A stretch of 64,000 nucleotides of DNA. Origin: the human T2T-CHM13v2.0 reference genome, Homo sapiens. This document shows, in pieces, positions 35,835 to 64,000 of this stretch. The DNA lies in NCBI RefSeq assembly GCF_009914755.1, contig NC_060944.1. The stretch is one strand, 5' to 3'. Position 1 is the first letter of the stretch. Every line of letters begins with the position of its first letter. The position numbers and the translations under genes were made by a program. The notes beneath the pieces were generated by a model that had not been told where the DNA came from, did no database searches, and saw nothing but the letters and a program-made list of their open reading frames with translations.

Positions 35835-35860
35835 AATAAAGATTACTGTTGTAAAATAAA
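35835..35860 (+). terminator. DNAJC5 distal polyadenylation signals (two AATAAA)
   Basis: AATAAA at 35835-35840 and 35855-35860, followed by T/GT-rich sequence; Alus resume ~200 bp later. Confidence 0.8.
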
Positions 35861-36066
35861 TGTTTTCACTGCGGACCCCACGTATGTCTTACTCGCTAGT
35901 CCCGCAGATCCCTGGTTTTGGAGAGCAGCAGCTGATCTCAGCCCTCCACACCCCTTGCGGCTGGAACCTTGCTTCCCTCCTGCCTGGTCCAGATGTGGAT
36001 AAATGCCCCCTCCTCTTGATTGTGTTTTCACCTCCGTTTTCTAAATACCAAGACTGGAGCAAAGAG

Positions 36067-38160
<2,094 letters not shown>

Positions 38161-38249
38161 ATGTTAAGTATTTTATATATGGGATTCTTACAGAGAAATG
38201 TTAACAGCAAGCCGAGCACTGGACACTGGGTGGCGGGCAGCAAGACCCT

Positions 38250-39280
38250 TGCCAGGGAGGGTTGTCGGCCCTGTTTCTCCTGGTCCAGGGGACCGCGGTT
38301 AACAGGCGCTGCGGCAAAACTCTCCGTCCGCCCAGCGCCCCAGGAATCTCCTCCGTCTCCAAGACGGGGTCGGACCACCCTCCCCGCTCCCCCCGGCTAT
38401 GCCTTCCTTGCGCCCCGCTCTCCGTGACCGAGGAACGCCAGGAAGGGACCACTTCTAGCGCCAGCCCCGCTGCTCAGGGTCGGGTGGGGGGCGGGGCCAG
38501 CGCGGGGGCGGGGCCGGCTCAGGGGCGTGGTCACTCGGTGGGGCCCAGCGGGACCTGGCCTACCAGGCGGAGCGGGGGCTGGGCAGGGGCGTGGCCAATC
38601 GGGACCGGTGGGGCGGGCGAGTGGCGGGAGCGCTGCACCCGCAGATGGGCCCCCCACGTGGGGACCAGCGCCCACCCGGCCTGGTCGCATGGGCAATGGG
38701 AGACCCCACTGCAGCGCAAGGTCTCGCGGCATCTGGGAAGACCGGCCTTACGCCGTCCCTCCCTTCGTCAGCAGACCCCTGTCCAGGATCCGGGATCCGG
38801 CATAATCGAGGTGCCAGGCTCCGAGGACGCCACGCTTTTGGCCGTGGACTTCCACGCAGAAAGACACTGGCGCCTGAGAGGACGGGGACGACCGTGTCCC
38901 GTGTCAGATGCGCCTGGCCCACGGCTGAGTCCCCAGCATCAGCCCTCAGCTCCACGGCTGAGCCCCGGGAGGCTGATTCAGTTATCTGGGCCTCTCCGGG
39001 GCCCGACGTGTGGGCGCCGCGCGTGCACCTCCTCTTCCTCAGTAAACCACGGCGGCGACTCCTCTCGGGGAGCCCGGGGGGGGCCTGCTCGGAAAGCAGG
39101 GTGGGCAGGACCTAAGGGAACCCACGCTTGCGGGCGTGGGCACGGCAGAGAGCACGGGATGCGGGTGGGCCTCCAGGTCTGGAGGGGTGAGCGAGGCGGG
39201 CCCTGAGCAGCAGTGGCTCCGGGCTCGTGGGCCCCGGGTGGCCCCGCCTCCAAGCGCAGGCCCCCACTTCCGCCCTGGTC
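38250..39280. promoter_or_regulatory. Intergenic CpG island with promoter-like elements
   Basis: CpG-dense; GC boxes GGGGCGGGGC at ~38488 and ~38505, CCAAT 38595-38599, GGGGCGGG ~38610, E-box CACGTG ~38655. Confidence 0.6.
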
Positions 39281-39693
39281 TGCCTCCTGGCTTTGCTGCC
39301 TCCAGCGACTTGTCCTGACGGGAAGGACCCTCCCCCCCCCCAACTGTGGGGAGGACCCTGATGGTACAAATTTGTGGGTGGGGGCAAAACAGCCTGCCTC
39401 TTGTGAGACCCAGAGCACCAGGGGGCCCTGTCCCCTCCCTAGGTCCAGGCCAGGTGGCCACCAAGCTATGGGTTCTAGGGGCCCCATCTAGCAGAGCTAG
39501 GAGCTGCAGGGCCCAGTTCTACCCCTTCCTTCATCTGGCACAAGTGCAAGACTGGGAATGCTTGGTCCTGCAGGGGAGAAGGCAGGGCCCTCAGCTCCCT
39601 CCCTCCCTCCCCATGGGAGTCTCCACAAATGCATGCCTCAGCCAGGACACCTCTCCTGTGCTGTAACCAATCACACCTTCATTTTTCTAAAGC

Positions 39694-39703
39694 TTTATTT
39701 ATT
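39694..39703 (-). terminator. UCKL1 polyadenylation signal (overlapping AATAAA x2)
   Basis: tttatttatt on + = AATAAATAAA on -, ~125 nt after the stop codon. Confidence 0.85.
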
Positions 39704-39824
39704 TTATAAAATGCATAGAATAAATTATACTAGTAACATTTTAAAAATTAACATCTTTGTATTCAGCAGTCCTGGGTCAGGAGGCAGGAGGAGGGTGGTG
39801 GGGACGGGATGGCTCACTGGGCAG

Positions 39825-57333
<17,509 letters not shown>

Positions 57334-57414
57334 GGCGCTCGGAGGCCTCTTTGCGGGCCTGGCCGGGCGGCGCGCATGGGCCGCCGGGAGCTGGCGGGTC
57401 CCTCTCTTGCCCAC

Positions 57415-57568
57415 CGCGGACTACAAGCCCCACAAGGCCGCGCGTCGCGGACTACAAGCCCCACAAGGCCGCGCGTCGCGGACTACAAGCCCCACAAGGC
57501 CGCGCGTCGCGGACTACAAGCCCCACAAGGCCGCGCGTCGCGGACTACAAGCCCCACAAGGCCGCGCG
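57415..57568 (+). repeat. 31-bp tandem repeat x5 in the UCKL1 proximal promoter, each unit carrying ACTACAAGCCCCA
   Basis: cgcggactacaagccccacaaggccgcgcgt at 57415, 57446, 57477, 57508, 57539. Confidence 0.95.
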
Positions 57569-57669
57569 GCGGGCATGGGGGACCCGTAGTTCGGCAGCCT
57601 CCGCCACGTGCCTGGAGGGCCCCGCCCCCTGTTTTTCACCACAAACTGAGCCGCACAAAAACCCTGGAA

Positions 57670-60600
57670 AAAAATCAATAAACATTTATTTGATACAGTC
57701 ATTTTAATACATACAGTGATGGCCCGTCCCCACGCCACTCGGGACCAGGGCGCGGGGCGGGGACGAGGACCGGGGACAGATGGTCACAAGGCGGGCGGGG
57801 CCCGAACTCACCGTTGAAACATCTCGCAAATAAACACTTTGTAGATAGAATATATATGTATATATATATGGTTACAAGTGATAGCTGGAACCTCTTTCAA
57901 AATGCACTTATGTACTGAGAACTGGCATTAAAAAACCCAAACCAAGAAACCCAAAGCACGGGACGCCCGGCCGCGAGGCAGGGGAAAGCCTGGGGCCCCA
58001 GACCCGGGCCTGGGGGAGCCGCCTGGGGCCCCGCCAAACGCGGCACACGGGGACGGCCCCTCCCGGGGTCAGGCTCACTGGCTCCTTCCCTTCAGCGCCA
58101 CCAGGCAGGAGGGCCAACGGTCACACAGGAGGCACCCTCACCTGCCTTTGCACCAGCAAATAAAGTGCATCCCATTTTCGTGTGAGCGTCGGCCCGGTGA
58201 GTCAGCCCTTCCGGGCCCTTTCCTGTTCTCAGGGCAGGGGGCGTGCGCTGAGCCAGAGGTAGATCTGCAGAAAGGGCCCCGACTGGGCCTCGGGCAGGGC
58301 CGGCGCCCACCACACTCTGGGGGTCAGCTATGCTGGTCCCTCTCACTGAGGGCTCCTGGAGGCCTATGTGGGCCAGCGTAGGGAGTGGGCAGACCCTGCT
58401 GAGCTCCACCCAGGGCCCCACCCCTTGGGAGGAGGGCTCTGCGGACCAGCATGTGGCAGAGGGAGGGCAGAAAGGAGGGGGTCAGACCCAACAGCCACTT
58501 CTGGCAGTAGCCCCCACGCCTACCTTAAAGACAAAGGGGGTTAAAGTGCTAAACATCAAGGTATCCAGGACTCCTCTTCCCACACCAGGGATTATCTGTG
58601 GGCTTTGGGAGTGTCCCGGAAACTCACCCCCAGCAAAAACCAGACCCTCTTCTCTTCTCCCCAAGGGCCAAGTACCTGAGAGGCTGGGGCAGGCACCACA
58701 CCCTGCAGGTGTTCAGGTCCACCCTCCTCCCGCCATTGGTGGCAAGGACAAAGTGCACCTAGGCCCCCGCCCAGTGCCTGCTCCCCTCCCCTCCCCTCCC
58801 CTCCCCTCATGAGGCTGCCCCAGCAGCAGCTGCCAGACCCCACCCTCCACCTCCGGCTCCTCCAGCTCCACCAGTGAAGCTCTGGGACACAGGAAGGAAT
58901 GCCTCCCCCGACCCTCTGACGCTGGGTCACGCCCATCTCTGCCCCAGCCTCCATCCTCTCATCAGGCCGAGGTGTGCGTGGGTGAGGGGAGTCCGGGTCT
59001 CCACACCCACTCCCTGGCACATCTGGCAAGGGCTGCTGAGGGTTGGAGCCTTCTGGCCCAAGGATGAAGCCAGAGACAGGAAGTGTTCTGCAACCCCAGT
59101 CCCCAAAGTGCTCCTGGAACTTGTCTCCCTACTACTGCAGGCCAAGCCCAGTGGGGCCCCTTCTCCCTGGGGAATGGGGGAGGGTGGGTGCTGGGGGCAG
59201 AGGCAGTGCCCAGTCAGTACTGCCTCCCTGAGCAGCAAGGGACCCCAACCCCAGAGACCCACGCCCTGGTCCAGCCCAGCCCCCAGGCCCACCGTCTGCA
59301 CCAGGAAACCCTTAGCACCAAATGTCGGATTGCGAGTGTTTGTATAAAAAACAATTTAAAAAAAAGGTTGTTACTTGTCACAGCAACAAGACTGGCATCC
59401 ACTACACCCAGGAGACACACGCACACGGGCAAACATCAAAATTCTCATCGTCCAGGGTCAGTGGGGCCGAGCCCTCAGCCCACTCCCACCCACCCTGGAA
59501 AATGGCCTCCCTCCAAACCTACCCCCTCTGAGCCTCATCCTCCCTGCAATGCCGTGGTTGGAAGGCAGGACCCCAGGGAGGGAGCCACAGGCTGTGGCCA
59601 CCTCTTCCAGGCACCCTGGACTCCCTGCCTGACCCCTGCCCTACCTATAGACCCAGCCGTCCTCAGGGCCACAAAGGGGCAAAGACAGCTCTGGAGCTGC
59701 CATCAACCTGCTGTGACTTTGGCCAAGCCCCTCCCCTGGCTGGCCTTCAGTTCCCATATCAAATGACCACACAACCAGAAACAATGGGGGCAGGTTAAAA
59801 AAAAAAGTGGGGAGGGGGCTCCCATGAGAGCTTGGCCACTGGGCCTACCCAGATTGGCAGACAGAAGGCTGCCTTTCCCCCAGTGGCCACTCAGAGCCAG
59901 GCCAGCTCTGCCCAGCTTCCTGCCCCACATGCCTATGGGCCCCAGCAAGACCCCAGGGCCCGAACTAGTCCGTCCCTACTCCACGAGGCTGCTCCAACCT
60001 AGGCCTGCAGTGCCAGAAGGCTGAACACTGGAGGAGAGCACACTCCAGGGGCCCCACACCCCCAGGGCTGGCAGCTGTGTTGAAGGGCATCAAGCTTCTG
60101 CTGCCCTGTAGGTACAAGAAGCAAAACCCCTCCCTTGCCCCAAGCTGGGAGAATTACAGACAGGCCTGGGGGGCAGGGCCTGAGCACAGCAGGGATCGCA
60201 CTGACAAAGGAGGAGCAGGGGTGGGGGTAGTGGGCAGGCCTGGAGAGGTAGAAAACAGAAGCAAGGGGACCAAGTGGGTGGCCAAGGGCAGGCCGGAGCC
60301 TGTCAGGTCAGCATGGCAGTGGTCAGACAGGGGTCTGTCCTGGGAGGTAGCTGGGGGTGCTGGAGTTCCAGTGTTGGGTGGAGGTGAGGCCAGGATGGTG
60401 GCTGCCCGTGCCAGGTTGCTCAGGTGCCCTCACCAGCCCAGAACCACAGGTCACCAGGGATGCCTGAGCCTTGGGGTAGCCAGGGAAGGGACCCGGCAGG
60501 GCCTGAGGAAGCGGAGCCGGGGGGCCAAAGGCCATCTGCCTACTCTGCGCTGCAGCCCCTGTGGCACCAAGACCCCAGACACATTCCCATGAGGAGGGGC

Positions 60601-60848
60601 AACCCTCCTGGCTATTGCACTTCTGCTGGGCACACCTTGGGGAGCCCCAACCCAGGTGTGCCCTGTGGCAGCCTTAACAGGGGAAGGGCCACCTTCAGGG
60701 AAGGGAGAGTGGCTGGCTGCCCCACTGGACGGATGAAGAGGCGGGGGTGGGGGATGGAGAACTGGAGGACAGAGGTCCCGGAGCTGGCCCTGCCTTGAAC
60801 AGAGGGCGGTGTGGCGGCTGCATGGGGGCCAGGCCCCACGCACCATGC
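57670..60848 (-). other. ZNF512B: ZNF512B 3'UTR (~3.2 kb, end approximate)
   Basis: Repeat-free sequence from the stop codon at 60849 to the - strand AATAAA at 57685. Confidence 0.75.
57677..57690. terminator. ZNF512B polyA signal (- strand, 57685-57690) back-to-back with a + strand AATAAA (57677-57682)
   Basis: AATAAAcaTTTATT; upstream TGTA motifs and downstream T/GT-rich tracts on the - strand. Confidence 0.75.
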
Positions 60849-63742
60849 TCACTTTTCAGGCGCCTTGCTGACTCCCACCTTCCGGCCGGTGGAGCCCCGG
60901 GCCCCCTTGTCTCTGCATCCTGGAGGCCAGTCGTCCCGGCGCGGGGGCAGCTTGGCCACAGGCTCCTCTGGGGTCCGCTCCTTGGGCTTTCGGCCCCGCT
61001 TCTTTCCACCTGCCAGATTTTTCTTCTTTTCCTTCTTGGGCACCAATGAGTCCTGGCTCCTGTGTTTGGGAGGTGGGTCTGCTGATGTTCGGAACCAGTT
61101 CTGGGGAGAGAAAAGCGCTGATGAAGACCTGGGACTGGATGCTGAGCACCTGAGCCAGGCATAGCCTGAGAGCTGAAGACCTGTCAGCCTTCAGGACCAG
61201 GCAAGCACCTGCAGCAGGGCTGGACACAGCCTTTAGGACCAGGCAGGCACCTGCAGCAGGGGGCTGAACACAGCCTTCGGGACCAGGCAAGCACCTGCAG
61301 GGGGCTGGACACAGCCTTCGGGACCAGGCAAGCACCTGCAGCAGGGCTGGACACAGCCTTCGGGACCAGGCAAGCACCTGCAGCAGGGCTGGACACAGCC
61401 TTCTGGACCAGGCAAGCACCTGCAGCAGGGGGCTGGACACAGCCTTCAGGACCAGGCAGGCACCTGCCGCAGGGCTGGACACAGCCTTCAGGACCAGGCA
61501 GGCACCTGCCGCAGGGCTGGACACAGCCTTCGGGACCAGGCAGGCACCTGCCGCAGGGCTGGACACAGCCTTCGGGACCAGGCAGGCACCTGCCGCAGGG
61601 CTGGACACAGCCTTCGGGACCAGGCAGGCACCTGCAGCAGGGGGCTGGACACAGCCTTCGGGACCAGGCAAGCACCTGCAGGGGGCTGGACACAGCCTTC
61701 GGGACCAGGCAAGCACCTGCAGCAGGGCTGGACACAGCCTTCAGGACCAGGCAAGCACCTGCAGCAGGGCTGGACACAGCCTTCAGGACCAGGCAAGCAC
61801 CTGCAGGGAGCTGGACACAGCCTTCAGGACCAGGCAAGCACCTGCAGCAGGGGGCTGGACACAGCCTTCAGGACCAGGCAAGCACCTGCAGCAGGGGGCT
61901 GGACACAGCCTTCGGGACCAGGCAAGCACCTGCAGGGGGCTGGACACAGCCTTCGGGACCAGGCAAGCACCTGCAGCAGGGCTGGACACAGCCTTCGGGA
62001 CCAGGCAAGCACCTGCAGCAGGGCTGCTGGGGGCTGGAAAGGCGGACACCCCGAGGGCAGCTCCAGCTCAGGGTGCAAGCCTCCCAGTTCTCCCAGGGAA
62101 GCCAGACCCCACTTTGAGGAGAAACTACCAGATTTCTCCACATTGGCCACTCTCCCAGGCACACCCCATGCAGGCCACTGACCTCTCTACCCCCAAGGGG
62201 TGCCCAACCCCAGCCCTGTCCCCTCCTGGGCTAGCCCCCAGCCACAGGCCCTGGTGATGGCCCTCGCACCTCTGCGTGGGTCTTCAGGATGTGGTATTTG
62301 ACGCCACTCTCAGAACTGAACTCCTTCGGACACAGCAGACAGCGGTACTTCCCTGCCAGGTGGGCCCCCTGCAATGCATAGGCAGGCCAGTGCCCCAGCC
62401 CTTGGAGGACCCAGATCTGTCCTAAGCCCCTACTCATGGCTAAAGGGTCAGAGTCAGCGGTGGCCCAAGGAAAGCTGTGGCTGTCTGTGCCAGACAATGC
62501 AGGGGGCCACGGGGTTACCAGGGCGGCAGGGGTGGTAGGGGAGAGGAAGGGTAGGGAGAGGCAGGTGCCCAGGGGAAGAGTTGCAGACCTTTGCCGAGCA
62601 TCCCTTATTGTAAGCCAGTGTGCCATCTGCGTGGGTCGGGGTGCCCACCCATGCCTACATGGACGCAGAGCTCCAAGGACAGGACTAGGACTCGTTGTCT
62701 TGTGGCTGGGGTTGGGGCGAGGGAGGTGTCCTAGGCTGGCCATCAGCCACCGGCCAGTCTCTGGGTTCGTGGAAGAGGAGGCCACGTAGAAAAAGTAGGG
62801 GACAAGGCAGGGTCCCTCACTACTGTGTGGGAAGCCCGCGTGGGGTGAGCTGGGAGCTCTGAGTGCAGCGCACCTGGCCGTGGGGCAGGCCCCAGAACTG
62901 ACCTTACTGCAGCTGGCGAGATGAGCCTTGAGTCCGGACACGCTGGAGTAGATGGCTTCACAGCACTGCAGGGAAGGGAGCCGTGGGCGAAGGCCTCTGG
63001 TGGGCACCCCACACCAAGATATACCCCTGCCCTACCCCAGGGGATCTCTGAGGCTCTTTGGGGCAAGTGAGGGGGTGTGAGTCCTGGGGACTGGGCAGGC
63101 TGGGCATGTGAGGCCTGGGGTGGGCTTGGGCACCTCCTGAAAGCTCTCAGCCTCTGTTCCTGCTCAGAGGGCCACACCCAGGCTCTGGCCCTGTATGGCT
63201 CCCCACGCCCCCCACCCGGCTGCCTCCGCTCACGTCGTTGGGACAGTTGACGTGGCCTTTCTCCTTCACTTCATTCTTCCATGCCTCTAGCAGCTGGGGG
63301 TTCAGCGTGGGGAGCCCTGGTCGAGTGTAGTTGAGCTGTGAATTCGACAGCACCAGGGTGAGCCTGAGGCCAGAAGACACCCCAGCTGCTCTAAGAACAC
63401 TCGCCTCGGCAGCAGGCGACACTCGCCGCAGATGGCGGGGGCAGCGGGTGGCCCAGGTCACAGCAGTGGCTGTCCCAAGTCTCAGGCCAAGGCATGCCCC
63501 ACGCAGAGGCCACGGCGCTGTCCACAGCCCTGGGGGGGGCAGCTCACCCGTGCGGTCTCGGGCACAAGGTCATCCTTCATGCGCCGCTTGGTCCAGTCGC
63601 GGGCCAGCTCGTCCTCCGCTATCTCCTGCAGGTGGAACACCGCCACCTGGGCCGACGTGCGGCGGACACGCCCGCTTGGGGTCCGCTCCACACCCAGCGG
63701 GTCCTCAGCCTCAGGGGACTTGTCTGTGGGCTCCTCAGGGGG
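60849..63742 (-). CDS. ZNF512B: Zinc finger protein 512B, C-terminal five exons (5'-partial); complement join(63548..63742,63234..63335,62903..62965,62270..62368,60849..61100)
   Basis: All phase-0 GT-AG exons: [32 protein letters not shown]..|LNYTRPG..NCPND|[21 protein letters not shown]|[33 protein letters not shown] (C2H2)|[19 protein letters not shown]. Confidence 0.95.
61184..62026 (+). repeat. 41-44-bp minisatellite, ~20 copies, filling most of the ZNF512B last intron
   Basis: cagccttc(a/g)ggaccaggca(a/g)gcacctgcagcagggctggaca. Confidence 0.96.
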
Positions 63743-64000
63743 CTGGAGGGCAGGAAGGCATGGAGGCTAGAGTGAGCCGCGGGAGCAAGAGTCAGGTCAG
63801 CGCGCGGCGAGGCCACCCTAAGGCCGGTGGACCCACAGGCCTCCCAGTGTGCTGGGGACATGGCTGACGCAGGCAACCCGAGGGAACACGGAGGTTTCAC
63901 CCTCCCGCCCACCAGGACACACGTCTCTTACAGAGAGGGGTGGGAAACACACGCGTTGGGCGGTACATGGACAAATACAGTTGGCACCCAAGGCACACGG

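Larger units (their letters stand above)
31418..35880 (+). other. DNAJC5: DNAJC5 long 3'UTR (3' end approximate)
   Basis: Alu-free unique sequence from the stop codon to tandem AATAAA hexamers at 35835 and 35855. Confidence 0.85.

Noticed and set aside
38262-39206. 314-aa + strand ORF over the intergenic CpG island
   Set aside because: Non-ATG start, low-complexity G/R/P/A composition and no recognisable domain; long ORFs are expected at this GC content

Overview
Human genomic DNA from distal 20q13.33, identified from the encoded proteins. The window holds DNAJC5/CSPalpha (+ strand): most of its Alu-saturated intron 1, coding exons 2-5 and a ~4.4 kb 3'UTR, with exon 1 outside the window. It also holds the complete convergent UCKL1 gene (- strand, 15 exons, 548 aa) and the last five exons plus 3'UTR of ZNF512B (- strand), which ends only ~350 bp upstream of the UCKL1 start codon. 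Embedded elements are the 56-bp tandem array that encodes the human-specific miR-941 cluster, MIR1914 and MIR647, a U1 snRNA retrocopy inside an Alu, three solo LTRs and about ten GC-rich tandem repeats. The signals most worth following up are invisible in the ORF track: (i) frame-matched, mutually exclusive microexons (17 nt, 20 nt, possibly 5 nt) at the UCKL1 kinase/UPRTase hinge; (ii) a promoter tandem repeat made of five ACTAYRNNNCCCR (ZNF143/THAP11) motifs, squeezed between a bidirectional polyA signal and UCKL1; (iii) overlapping, mutually exclusive miR-941 hairpins, with more mature copies than named loci; (iv) the CSP2 stop-containing exon; (v) an orphan promoter-like CpG island between the two convergent 3' ends. 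No prokaryotic-type system (CRISPR, rRNA, tRNA) is present. Almost all ORF-track entries are Alu, tandem-repeat or GC-content artefacts.
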